64,000 nucleotides of DNA, taken from NCBI RefSeq assembly GCF_964213995.1, contig NC_135802.1:18228001-18292000 (forward strand). The letters are read 5' to 3'. The notes below the pieces were generated by a model. The model did no database searches and was not told the origin of the DNA. It worked only from the letters and a program-made list of their open reading frames with translations. Shown here in pieces: positions 1 through 11,580 of the stretch (its first letter is position 1; each line of letters starts with the position of its first letter). This stretch comes from Mustelus asterias (lineage: Eukaryota). Made by a program: the position numbers and the translations under genes.

Positions 1-240
1 AACCACCCAGGTCTTTTTCCACCGTGAATACCGAGGTAAAATATTCATTAAGCACCTCTGCTATTTCTTCCGGTTCTGTACAGACTCTCTCTCCTTCACA
101 TTTTATAGGTCCTATTCCTTCAGATCTCATCCTTTTACTCTTCACATATTTATAGAACGCCTTAGGGTTCTCCTTAATCTTACCTGCCAAGGCCTTCTCG
201 TGACCCCTTCTGGCTCTCCTAATTTCTTTCTTAAGTCCCT
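1..240 (-). mobile_element. CR1 LINE ORF2 fragment (endonuclease-RT linker), cut by the window edge
   Basis: Minus strand reads LKKEIRRARRGHEKALAGKIKENPKAFYKYVKSKR...VLNEYFTSVFT, typical of CR1 ORF2. Confidence 0.85.
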
Positions 241-1809
241 TAATGATGTTCAGAATCTATATCATACCCATGGAAATGCATTGGTAATTGAAGCTCTATG
301 TTAATGCAGGAGAGAGGTAGTGAGGTTGCAAGGTTTAAGGAGGGAATTACACAATGTAGTTTAGAGACAGCTGAAGACTTGGCTCGGCAGCCATAGAAGA
401 GGCTCGAGAAAATTGGGGCGCACAAGAGTTCACTGAACATTGTAGGGCAGGCAATGGTGACAAGAGACTGGGAGGATACAGAGTTATCCATCCAAGCTCG
501 CAGATGACTACTTGAGGAATGGAATGGTTTGGAGTAGGAACTTACGAATGGACATAAGTAAACTGAGTGGGCAAAAGTAAGACAGGTAGAATTCGGTCTG
601 AAGGAGTGTGAGGTGGCAATTTGTCTGCAGTTCAAGGGCAATTTGTCAGAAGTTCTAATGCTCCACAGTGAAGCAGTTGCTTTATTATTTACTTTTATCT
701 CAAGTCTACTGTATTTACACATTATTATTTAGCTCAATGGTTGGTGCACCAAATGCACTTATTTAGATCATTAAGATGAGAATGATAACAAGAGTAAGAA
801 ATAAGACTAAGAAATATAAGCTATTGATCCAACTAGGAAGTCACGGTTCCTCTTTAAACATTGAGCCTCCTCTTGCCACGACATTATTTCTCCTATCTTT
901 AACAGCAAAGCTGATGACATTAGAAAGTGTATATCCCTAAGAACCAAGGAGGTTTCAGTCTTGTTGATAATCAGGCACGGTGATAAGAAGCACACATGCA
1001 TATCTTATTATTTCTCCCCTCTTCCAGTTTTTTAGTTAGTCTGAATATCTTCTTTGAAACCATCTCCTGTAATGACCCAAATCATGTTTGAGTGAGGCAT
1101 CTCATGGCAGATGCCTTTAATTAGACATTTTCCTGTACCCTTCAAAATGTTTTGTGCCTATTTTGTTCAAAGTCGACAGGAGCATGAGGAAGGCAATGGG
1201 GACTGGAGTAAGTGACAGGAACAACATTGTCTCCCCTCAATGAGATTTAAGGACTGAGGAAGAAACAGAGGAATGAAGTTGAAAGAGGGTGAATTAAAGT
1301 CAAATCAGGCATAGGAAGTAAAAAAGGAAAAATGGCTTAACAAGAGAAAAAGGCAAAGGAAAATAAAGTAAACTTAATGAATTTAGAATTTACAAAACCT
1401 CAAAACAATTTGTAGGAATGAGGTTGAATAACTTGTTCCCTTTCCTGGTCAGACAGGTTGATTGGCATTGCAGTATTAATTATCATGTGGGTAAAAGGTT
1501 AGTTACACTCTTAATCACCAATCCGAACTTTGTGTGGCAATCTTAATGGGCATTTAATGCATAACCAGCACGTTCTTAAAAATAACAGGAAGACTAAGGC
1601 AAGATTCAGTTTGTGAAAAGCCAATGGTGTATACTGACCAGCAAGTTCTGGAGATTCACAACTCATGGTGTATCTTTTAATCCCCTGGACCAGCTGGCTA
1701 ATTTGGGAATTAATGACGTGACCTGTTATCCTAGAGCCAGAGTATCTTCAATAACCTCCCGCCTGATCTAATGCATCTTTAGAGGCCTCAACACTGCTCA
1801 TCCCAGTTA

Positions 1810-2035
1810 TAGAACATAGAACATTACAGCGCAGTACAGGCTCTCGATGTTGTGCCGACCAGTGAAACCAATCTAAAGCCCATCTAACGTACACTATTCC
1901 AATATCTTCCATATGTTTATCCAATGACCATTTAAATGCCCTTAATGTCCACTACTGTTGCAGGCAGGGCATTCCACGTCCTTACTACTCTCTGAGTAAA
2001 GAACCTATCTCTGACATCTGTCCTATATCTATCAC
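1810..2035 (-). mobile_element. CR1 LINE 3' end fragment
   Basis: FFTQRVVRTWNALP motif and an (TTCTATG)n tail on the minus strand. Confidence 0.85.
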
Positions 2036-2115
2036 AAATAGGTATATCTAGTTTGAGTGTTTCCTCACATTTCACCCAGATGACTGCTCTTTTCCAGAAC
2101 ATGTTGTCACTATTG

Positions 2116-2645
2116 CGTGCAGTTCTGGTCACCACACTATCAGAAGGATGTTGAAGCTTTGGAGAGAGTGCAAAGAAAGTCGTTGCCTGGTCTTGAGGGT
2201 GTTGGCTATGAGGAGAGGTTGAATAAACCAGGATTGTTTTCACGGGAAAGACGGAGGCTGAAGGGAGATCTGGTAGAGGTCTACAAAGTTATGAAAGGCA
2301 TAGACAGGGTGGATAATCAGAGACTTTTTCCAAGGGTGGAAGTGTCAATTACAAGGGGGCACAGGTTCAAGGTGAGAGAGGAAAGTTTAAGGGAGATGTG
2401 TGGGAAAAGTTTTTTTTATGCAGAGGGTGGTGGGTGCCTGGAACGCACTGCCAGAGGATGTGGTGGAAGCAGGCACATTAGCAACATTTAAGAGACACTT
2501 GGATGGGTACATGAATAGGGAGGAAATAGAGGAATATGGACCGAGTGAGGGCAGAATGTTTTTTTTAAAGTTAGAGCATCACAATTGGTGCAGGCTTGGA
2601 GGGCCGAAGGGCCTGTTCCTGTGCTGTACTTTTCTTTGTTCTATC
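2116..2645 (+). mobile_element. 5'-truncated CR1 LINE (RT C-terminus and 3' UTR)
   Basis: QFWSPHYQKDVEALERVQR...RRRLKGDLVEVYK; 3' end gggccgaagggcctgtt...ttctttgttct. Confidence 0.92.
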
Positions 2646-3015
2646 TGCACTATTTTCTCAGAAAATACCATAGAAACTAACCACAAATTCACTAAAATGT
2701 TTACCTTTATCTGAGCCATGTTTTCAAATGAATATTAGGAATGAGGTTCAAGGTCAACATATTAAAACTGTTTGAATGCCTAGTTATTCTACTTTCTAAA
2801 ACTGATTTAAAAAGGTGCAGTTTAGTCATTTGTGCGCTAATATTTGAAGCAAAAAGAGTTAGCCACGGTAAAGTTTGTTAGTGCCATAGACAAAGTAAAT
2901 GGAGCTTTAGAAAGGAAGTTTTCAAAAAACACACACATGCATGCATATTTGCTTTCGATAAAGACAAAAAAGCACCAGACATGGGACTACTGCTATCCAC
3001 CATTTAGTCTCTTAC

Positions 3016-3063
3016 CAAATGGAGAAGGTGAATTCTCGACCTGGAAAGTGCATAAATCAAGAC
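3016..3063 (-). CDS. KMT2C: Probable alternative 48-nt KMT2C cassette exon, phase 1/1: (G)LDLCTFQVENSPSPF
   Basis: Acceptor gtcctgtag and strong donor TTG|gtaaga. Open and frame-preserving after exon ~28. Flanked by TGCATG motifs and a (TG)n tract. Confidence 0.7.
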
Positions 3064-3455
3064 CTACAGGACCCAAACCAGATAAAATGGATGAATAACT
3101 GGGAAATAAAGACCAAAAGAAAACGAAAGAAGCACACACACACACACGCACACAGTATACCCAACTCAACAGCATGCAACAGTCATTGGGCAATACAGCA
3201 TAAAGTAGCATAATCATTGATTGTTAATGGCTTTAGGTAATTGCATCAAGTAGCAAAGCAATTTACAACAAAATAAATCTTGGGAAAATTCAAACAGCTG
3301 CTGTTCAGGCACAAAAGCATCTTGCTACAAATAAGAACTGGACTAGAAGCAAGAGAAACTTAGCCAAAGTGACATGTTCAAACTTCACAGGAACCCACAT
3401 ACTTTTCCACTGCAAAGATGCTGTTCATGAGCTTCACAACATTGCACAGACCTAC

Positions 3456-3560
3456 CCGACTCATCTCCTGTTTTCCCCAGTTCATCAGAAAGCATTCCAA
3501 GAATATCATCTTCTGTGGTAAGGACTTCTGAGAGATCAGCTAATGCGTCATCTCCATTAC
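3456..3560 (-). CDS. KMT2C: KMT2C exon (~28), 105 nt, phase 1/1: (G)NGDDALADLSEVLTTEDDILGMLSDELGKTGDES
   Basis: Within ORF 3385..3624. Acceptor ttttgcttgttctgcag, donor CGG|gtaggt. Matches human DDPLADISEVLNTDDDILGIISDDL. Confidence 0.95.
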
Positions 3561-4018
3561 CTGCAGAACAAGCAAAACTTTCAGGGAAAATACAGTTAAG
3601 CACAACAACCACTTGCACGTACATAGCACTTTCTTAGCAGGAGGTCAAAGATCATGTAATGCTATTCAAAGATAGATGGTCGCCTTGTATCCTGACCAAC
3701 ATTACCCCTCAACCAATAGAGAACTAAGGAAATGTTCAGTCGCTCAGCTCATCAACGTTTGTGAATATTGCTGCCTACGTAAGAGTTACTGTACTACAGA
3801 AGACATTAAGTTCAATATTTTGAGATGTTTTAGTGATGTGAATTGTTATAGACCGCTGGGTCAAACATAATCAGGACAACAGCTGTGCTACTAACAAGCA
3901 AGAAAGATAGGTGCAAACAGAAAGGTTACACTAAAGGAGAATTTTGACAAGCTCAACATAAATTGGGAATGCCCTTACAATTATGAGTACGACTTCAGAT
4001 AAAGCAACTATCACACGA

Positions 4019-4833
4019 CTGGGCGGAGAAGTGGCAGATGGACTTCAACACAGATAAATGCGTAGTGGTCCATTTTGGCAGGTCAAATGGGATGAAGGAG
4101 TACAATATTAAGGGAAAGACTCTTAGTACTGTAGAGGATCAGAAGGACCTTGGGGTCCGGGTCCATAGGGCTCTAAAATCGGCCCCACAGGTGGAGGAGG
4201 TGGTTAAGAAGGCGTATGGTGTGCTGGCCTTTATCAATCGAGGGATTGAGTTTAGGAGTCCGGGGATAATGATGCAGCTATATAAGACCCTCGTCAGACC
4301 CCACTTGGAGTACTGTGCTCAGTCCTGGTCGCCTCACTATAGGAAGGATGTGGAAAAGATTGAAAGGGTGCAGAGGCGATTTACAAGGATGTTGCCTGGA
4401 TTGAGTGGCATGCCTTATGAGGATAGGCTGAGGGAGCTCGGTTTTTTCTCCTTGGAGAGACGTAGGATGAGAGGAGACCTAATAGAGGTATATAAGATGT
4501 GGAGAGGCATAGATCGGGTGGACTCTCAGAGGCTTTTTCCCAGGGTGGAAATGGCTGCTACGAGAGGACACAGGTTTAAGGTGCTGGGGGGTAGGTACAG
4601 GGGAGATGTTCGGGGGAAGTTTTCCACAGAGAGGATGGTGGGCGAGTGGAATCGGCTGCCATCAGTGGTGGTGGAGGCAAACTCAATAGGGTCTTTTAAG
4701 AGACTCCTGGATGAGTACATGGGACTTAATAGGATGGAGGGTTATAGGTAGGCCTAGAAGGTAGGGATATGTTCGGCACAACTTGTGGGGCCGAAGGGCC
4801 TGTTTGTGCTGTAGTTTTTCTATGTTTCTATGT
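4019..4833 (+). mobile_element. Young 5'-truncated CR1 LINE with an uninterrupted 237-aa ORF2 C-terminus
   Basis: ORF 4038..4751 (WQMDFNTDKC...LVRPHLEYC...RRRMRGDLIEVYK); (TTTCTATG)n tail. Confidence 0.95.
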
Positions 4834-5153
4834 TAAAGGGGCATTTGCATAAACTGGTAAAAGACAAGTTTAAGAGTGATACAAGGAAGCACTAATAGCG
4901 CATACAGAATAACTGACACATGAAATGGTTTTCCAAGTGGGGTAGTGGAGACAAGGAATTCACTGGAGATGCAAGTTAATGTTGTGACGAGACCATAGCT
5001 TGGGACAGAAGAATGAGTTGAATGGGACAAATGGCTTACCTTACCTGAACCTAAGTTATGGCTGTTGATATATGTCTAAAAAGCACACAATGGAGGTTCT
5101 TTTCATTCTTAATGGCAAACATTAGTACTGAGTGTTGTGTGTCCCATACGTAC

Positions 5154-5349
5154 CTTGGCCTCCCTGTTGTTTTGCAGCCACCTGAGTTGTGGCTGAACTC
5201 AGCAAAGGATCAGAGGAAGGATCCAGAAAATTTACATTTGTATTTGGTACTCTGTTTGGTAGCTGAGATGATTCTTCGTCAGATAGAGCATCCAGACTCA
5301 GCTTGCTCTGTTGACTTGCAAGCAGCAGATGTTTTCCAAAGAAAGCTTC
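5154..5349 (-). CDS. KMT2C: KMT2C exon (~27), 196 nt, phase 0/1: EAFFGKHLLLASQQSKLSLDALSDEESSQLPNRVPNTNVNFLDPSSDPLLSSATTQVAAKQQGGQ
   Basis: Within ORF 5122..5406. Acceptor ttcattccttttacag, donor AAG|gtacgt. Confidence 0.95.
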
Positions 5350-5709
5350 CTGTAAAAGGAATGAATGGAGGAAATAACTAATCCCATTATAACAGCCGTG
5401 TTTCAAAACAAACAGAGGCTACGGTTGTTTGGTCAGTGACTTGACTTTGGTTGGCTGGAGCCAATTTTTTTTCAAAATCGTCCTTTGACTTCAGAATGTT
5501 AATCAAACAAGAAAGTGTAGTTTGCTTATTCATTTGTCATCGGCGGTATGTTCTAAAGATGAACCAAAAGCAGAATTGTGAATATTTCATTCCACAATCT
5601 ATATTGAGTATTTTCAATATTTTGGAAGGCAGCAGCAAAGACCATCTCCAGAGGTTCAGGATCGTCATGAACCTTCATTCTACTATGTACATTTGTGTGA
5701 GGATCACTT

Positions 5710-6412
5710 AGAGGAACATTGGTGAGGCCACATCTAGAGTACTCTATGCAGTTCTGGTCGGCACGTTCTAGTCAGAAGAATGTGATTGCACTAGAGGGGG
5801 CGCAGAGGAAATTCACCAGGATGCTGCCTTGGATGGAACATTTAAGTTATGAAGAGAGGTTGGATAGACTTGGCTTGTTTTCATTGGAGCAGAGAAGACT
5901 GAGGGAGCGACCTGATCAGGTTTACAAGATTATGAGAGACATGGACAGAGTGGATAAGGAGCAGCTGTTCCCCTTATTTGAAGGGTCAGTCATGAAAGGT
6001 CATAGGTGAGGAGCAGGAGGTTTAGGGGGGATCTGAGAAAAACTTTTCACCCAGAGGTGGTGATGGCCTGGAATGCGCTGCCTGGGAGGGTGGTAGGGGC
6101 GAGTTGTCTCACATCCTTTAAAAAGTATCTGAATGAACACTTGACACATCATAACGGTTAATTGGATAGGCACATGGAGCACACCAGGATGATAGGGAGT
6201 GGGATAGCTTGATCTTGGTTTCAGATAAAGCTCAGCACAACATCGTGGGCCGAAGGGTCTGTTCTGTGCTGTACTGTTCTATGTTCTATAACATTCAGGG
6301 CTATGGGCCAAGTGCTGGCAGAAGGGATTAGGTGGGAGTTCAAGTGTTTCTAATGTGTCGGTGTGGACGTGATGGGCCAAAGGGCCTCTTCTGCGTTATA
6401 TGATTCTATGAA
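5710..6412 (+). mobile_element. CR1 3' fragment with a second short CR1 3' end (about 6156-6287) nested in it
   Basis: ORF 5719..6009 has CR1 motifs; the nested piece is flanked by an ATAAC duplication (6151-6155 and 6288-6292). Confidence 0.85.
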
Positions 6413-8088
6413 TGATCCTTGGGTAGCTGGTTAATCATAGATAAAATATTCTCCCTCTTTTCATGTTCATTAAGAGGAGCCATGTGGCACAGTGATAGCG
6501 TCCCTATCTCTGGACCAGAAGCTCTGGGTTCAAGTCTAACACTTGGACTTGTTGGCCAAGGAAGGAGCGTTCATAATGTGGTTCAACAGGTCCATGATCA
6601 GCTCAGGAATCCTTCCACCACTTCCCTATTATTCCTCAGAGGGAAAAATAGTGTGTGTGAAGATGCGCTGAAACAAAAATGCCCATTATGCTACTAGAAT
6701 CAATCCCAAAGAATTGCATTTTTCCCCTACTTTGGGAGCCTATGGCCTGATTTCGAAACTTCAGCAAAATCTGAGTCAGGAATGTCTGGCTGCCAGCACA
6801 AAGCTAGCCAAAGGTTCACAGAGGTGACTGAGCTGAATTCTGCAGTGCCAGCTTGTCTGATTTAGTAACTAGAACTTGCAGCATTGCTTTGGCTCTCTGC
6901 CTGAAACTAGCCTAATGGGAGCTGCAGGAAACCTATCCAGTAGCTCAACCTTCAAGGGACATACCGCTTAAAAATTATATATTGGGACAAATATTGTTTT
7001 ACCCTTCTCATTAAGAAATACTTGAGCATGAAAAATTTACAGAGAAAAGATTGAGACTAACTGGATAGCTCTTCCTATGAATCGGAACAGGTACAATGGG
7101 CCAAATGGTTTACTTTGCTGTAAAATCCTATGAAATAGATTTTAATTTATGGTCACTGTTATAGATGTGGGTGGAGATGAGGGGGGAGGAAAATAAATAC
7201 CAGGCAAAAATTAAACAAAGCCAAACCAAATGGGAGACAAAATAGCAAGTGGTGAAACACTGCAGTACCCTGCTTGATAGCTGGGAAAGAAGATGTGATG
7301 CTTCAAAGTTGGGTTGGAACAGCATTGCCCTGTTTGGCACTCCAGGGCATTTTTCCTGCAGCACAGCAGTACACATTACCTGTCAGAAGGTGGCAGTTAG
7401 CCTAGGCAGTTTATATAGCACAAGGGGGCCATTTGCAGTGCTCTGTACTCTTGGGATCTTAACTACCAGAAAAAGTTCTATACTTGTCCACCCGTGGTTC
7501 CTTTCCACAGAAAAATAATATATGTGGGCACTTTGCAAACAAAGTCGCCTCTGCTAAATATTCGATACACTTATAAAGAACAGATTCTCTGATCCATTTT
7601 GTAACTGGCCGTGGCTCGATGAAGGTTTAATGCAGGTTAAATCCCACCCAGATTGCTCAATATTTTAAAATCAGCTGAACGAAAATCTGTAGATAAAAAT
7701 CTGGTGTCATTAAGAGACCATGAAGCTATCAGATTGTCATTAAAACTTACCTTATTCCCCTTTAGGGAAGGAAATCTGCCAATCTGAATTGGTCTGGTCT
7801 TTGCCTGGAGGCAGTGCTACGGTAATGGGGCTAATTCTTAAGTGCGCACTGAAGTAGTCTAGCAAGCCAATCAGTTGGCCCACTATTACTTTCTAAAGGC
7901 AGCCAAGAATGGAAATAATGCTGACTTTGTCCTGAGAAATACGGTTTTTTAAAAAGAGAAAAATGACCTTAACACCCATGACAAGACTGGAACAAACTGC
8001 CTGCAGCTAAATAAGCTGAGTGACAGCCTTCTTTGTACAATGGGCAGGTTTCTCTGACATGTCCAGGAAATGATTGCCTGGGGAACTG

Positions 8089-8412
8089 AGGCGGCACGAT
8101 GGCACAGTGGTTAGCATTGCTGCCCCACAGCACCAGGGTTCAATTCTGGCCTCAGGTGACTGACTGTGTGGAGTTTGCACATTCTCCTCACGTCTGCGTG
8201 GGTTTCCTCTGGGTGCTCCGGTTTCCTCTCTCAGTCCAAAGATGTGCGGGTTAGGTTGATTGGCCATGGCTTAGTCAGGGGCAATTTCAGTGGGATTAGG
8301 AGGGTAAACATGTGGGGTTATGGGGATGGGGTCTGGGTGGGATTGTCGTCGGTACAGGTTCGATGGGCCAAATGGCCTCCTTCTGCACTGTAGGGATTTT
8401 ATAATTCTATGA
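8089..8412 (+). mobile_element. HE1/V-SINE-type tRNA-derived SINE
   Basis: Pol III A box (TGGCACAGTGG) and B box (GGTTCAATTC), central gtggagtttgcacattctcc core and a CR1-like 3' tail. Confidence 0.88.
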
Positions 8413-8647
8413 ACTGAAAGTGGGGAGTGGCCAATGGGTAAATATATCAGGTACACAAAATATATTCATACCTACCTTTCCTGCCCTCTCAATAATCCAA
8501 ATCCCGAGCTAAAATTCCCAAAATGCCCAATTCTACATTAAAAGCTGGAAGCAAAACTGCTAAGAATTTGGGTTACTAAATTCAAGTCTTCCAAGGTCAA
8601 AAAAAAAAGCATAAACAGAAACAAAATGAATGCATCAATGAAAACCT

Positions 8648-8746
8648 AGCTTTAACAAAGGGTCATCTGGACTTGAAACGTCAGCCCTTTTCTCTCCTTG
8701 CAGATGCTGCCAGACCGGCTGAGATTTTCCAGCGTTTTCTCTTTTA
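8648..8746 (+). mobile_element. Penelope-like terminal-repeat fragment with a decayed hammerhead motif
   Basis: ttaacaaag-ggtc..gactt-gaaacgtc followed by gatgctgccagaccggctgagattttccagc, matching the end of the element at 36297-37049. Confidence 0.6.
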
Positions 8747-9154
8747 GCATCATGCAACATTGGACAACCTCCAAAAGATCTATCTTAGTGCATCAATATG
8801 AATCTTCCCTCCCTTCACACCAGACACACTTACGGTTTTTCTGATCAAGAATAGCAATTTACTGGTCACATGTTTAGCTTGCAGCACTTCCCCCACTGGA
8901 CAACCGCGTTGTAACTGTCTAAGCTCATTTGTTGGAGGAACCTCGTTAAAAAAAAATTTGGGGAGCCATCTGAAGTGTATTGAAGCCTAGATCTCAGAGA
9001 TAACAAGTCTCTTATCATTCCATTCTCACTTACTCCCCTCAATCCAACATTTTATGAATCTAAACTTCTGCTTAAACCAGAAACTATGCTCTTCCCTGTG
9101 AAAAGGTTGCAAACACCTGCAGTCCTATCCTAATTCTTTATCAGTTTCACTGAC

Positions 9155-9343
9155 CAGGACTTTCCTTTTCCCGTGTGGCGTGTTTTCCGGCAGCGGAGAC
9201 AGCTTGCTACTGGCCGTTGGCGGGATCATCTGGTCCCGCCGATCTCTATGGCGTTTTGTCTGGCTCACCACAACTCACCGCGGGGATCACTTTCGGCAGG
9301 ACTGAAAAATCCCACCTGCGGCAAGCATCAGAAAATCCCACCC
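9155..9343. mobile_element. GC-rich MITE-like element (PIF/Harbinger-like termini)
   Basis: Ends in gaaaatcccaccc like the copy at 37517-37648; GC-rich island in an AT-rich intron. Confidence 0.5.
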
Positions 9344-9667
9344 TTTATCTTTCAGCAACAATTACTAAGGACAACAAAATTTCTCTCCTTATGTTTTATT
9401 AAGAATCTCACTCTCTTTCCACCTTTTCATTCTCCTGAACTCACTAGTTCATGACCATTGTGAGATTGATGCTTTCAAATCTGGAAACAAGTTTTTAAGG
9501 TACAGAATGATATTTTTATAAAATGAATTTATCAAGGGGCAGAGCGATGGTACAAGTAGTAAAGTTCTTATGTGCCAACCGGAACCCTGTCACAATTAAG
9601 ACCTTTGATACTATTCAGAATAATTAATAGAGAGGGAAGATGAAGTAAGCTTGTTGAGCAGTTATAC

Positions 9668-9798
9668 CTGCAGATATGCTGGAAAAATCTCTTCCAATTT
9701 GTTCTTCTTTTTCCTGTATCGCTTTTTCATTTTCTCCACAATCTCAGGGGCAGCAGCTGCCTCATCGCCAGGTACCTCTGTTAGTTGTTCCACCCAAA
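9668..9798 (-). CDS. KMT2C: KMT2C exon (~26), 131 nt, phase 1/0: (V)WVEQLTEVPGDEAAAAPEIVEKMKKRYRKKKNKLEEIFPAYLQ
   Basis: Acceptor tttttatttgtaatag, donor CAG|gtataa. Contains the conserved KKRYRKxKNKLEExFPAYLQ. Confidence 0.96.
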
Positions 9799-9892
9799 CT
9801 ATTACAAATAAAAATATAAAAGGAACTTGTTAAATGCTTTCTGTTTAATTTAATTTTGGGAGATTTGACTTCAATCTGTAAGGCAAGATAAA

Positions 9893-10028
9893 GGCCGGAA
9901 TGTTACTACCGCTCATGCCAGCTGGATTTTCCCATCTCGCTGCAGTGAATGGAGATTTGGCTGGGTGCCAAATTCTCCGACCTCGCTGCAGCAGGAGCGT
10001 GGCGTGGACGGCCAGTAAGATTGCACCC
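9893..10028. mobile_element. MITE, same family as 56017-56127 and 62329-62443
   Basis: Shared core gctgcagtgaatggagatttggctgggtgccaaattctcc; imperfect terminal inverted repeats ggccggaat...attgcaccc. Confidence 0.65.
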
Positions 10029-10712
10029 AAAGTCTCAACTTCAGCTCCAACTGCGAACACAGAATATACTCATTTACATGCGACTCAGCAGTCCTGCGAC
10101 TTTCTACTAAGATCAGAGGTTTAACACTGAACTGGTCGTGATATCATGCAATCTATCCAAAGTGCTTTCCTCTGCTAAATTTTGAGTTAAGAATATTAAC
10201 TGTGACCCATCAAACATACTTCAGTATGCAGAACGCGAGTTATCCCCTCAGGTGAACAATAATTTGGGAAATCTGATACAAATTGTTTCGGAGAGCACCA
10301 AGGTGCACAACTTCTGATTAGAGCTGTTTTTTGCAGTAAACGATGCCTTTGGGTGACCCATTTGCCTCATTGATAGTGGTCTGAAATATGATGGTTGCCA
10401 ATGTTGTTTATTGTTGGTGAGTAGGAATGTATTTACCCTTTCTAAACACAACCTGAGAAAAGGAAAATTCTGTGGATGCTCAAAATAAAAGCAGAAAGCA
10501 CTAGAAAAGCTCAGGTCATGAAGCAACTGGGGAGACAGAAATAGAGTTATTATTTCAGGTTAATGATCTTTGATGAAAGTCTATTGACTTGTTTCTCCCT
10601 CCACAAATACCGCCAGGCCTACAAGAAATGCTTCTCCAAAACACTACACTACATTATTTCAAATACTTGTTTCTTTGAGAGTGACTTCCGGAACATTTGA
10701 TAGATCGCTTAC

Positions 10713-10832
10713 CATCCTCCTTCCCAGTCATCATTTCAGAGACTGAGCCAGCAGAGTTCTTCCTGGACAGTGAACGCTTTGTCTTATTCTGTCCTGTCCG
10801 GCTCCTCTGACGCACCATAAACCCTCCAATTC
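10713..10832 (-). CDS. KMT2C: KMT2C exon (~25), 120 nt, phase 1/1: (G)IGGFMVRQRSRTGQNKTKRSLSRKNSAGSVSEMMTGKED
   Basis: Within ORF 10654..10863. Acceptor ctcgctctgatag, donor ATG|gtaagc. Confidence 0.96.
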
Positions 10833-10854
10833 CTATCAGAGCGAGACAAGAACA

Positions 10855-11033
10855 TAAGAACATAAGAAATAGGAGCAGCAGTAGGCCATCTAGCCTCTCG
10901 AGCCTGCCCCCCCATTCAATAAGATCATGGCTGATCTGAAGTGGATCAGTTCCACTTACCCGCCTGATCCCTATAACCCCTAATTCCCTTACTGATCAGG
11001 AATCCATCTATCCGTGATTTAAACATATTCAAC
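10855..11033 (-). mobile_element. Short young CR1 3' end inserted just upstream of the exon ~25 acceptor
   Basis: Near-identical to 24748-24928; (TTCTTATG)n tail; flanking ACAAGAACA duplication (10846-10854 and 11032-11040). Confidence 0.92.
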
Positions 11034-11580
11034 AAGAACACAGCTCTGAACTAAAAGTAATCAAGGTCGTATCAGTTGGGATTCTTAAACCTATTACCTG
11101 GAGAATGCAGCTGTTTGGTGATGGATTAGAGATCACATTGCCATCCATGCCCAAGACTATGGCCAGAAACGCAGTCCCACCAATTCCAGCAGTACTGCTG
11201 CCATTTCGTGCTCTAACGAGCGTTGACCATCAGAAGGTGGGACCTCCACCTTTCACCGGGAGGAAGGCCCACCTTGGAAAGCTGCAGGCCAATCAGATTA
11301 ACTGGCATATTTCAAAGAAAAGCTTCGGAAATATCTTAATATACCATCAAAATATAATTCAGGTGTTGATCCACTAGACTGGGAAGTGTGGGGAAAAGGA
11401 CAAGCATTCTGATATAAGTATCCTTACTTTGTAATTGGAGATTAACTCAAAAGGCTTCTGGACTTTTTAATTTGAGGTAGGGGGTGCTGAGGAGCGTAGA
11501 GTGACAGAATTCCTGAGGGGATAGATACAGTTTCTGTTGGCTCAGCTTCTTATAGTACGATGGAGCACAGACACTATTTG

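Noticed and set aside
240-722. 160-aa minus-strand ORF as the next KMT2C exon
   Set aside because: No match to the expected LDGILSPELDKMVTD sequence; it looks like a very decayed LINE remnant that I could not assign to a family.
8089-8170. tRNA genes at the many A-box/B-box motifs
   Set aside because: Each continues into a SINE body and tail and lacks a complete cloverleaf and poly-T terminator.
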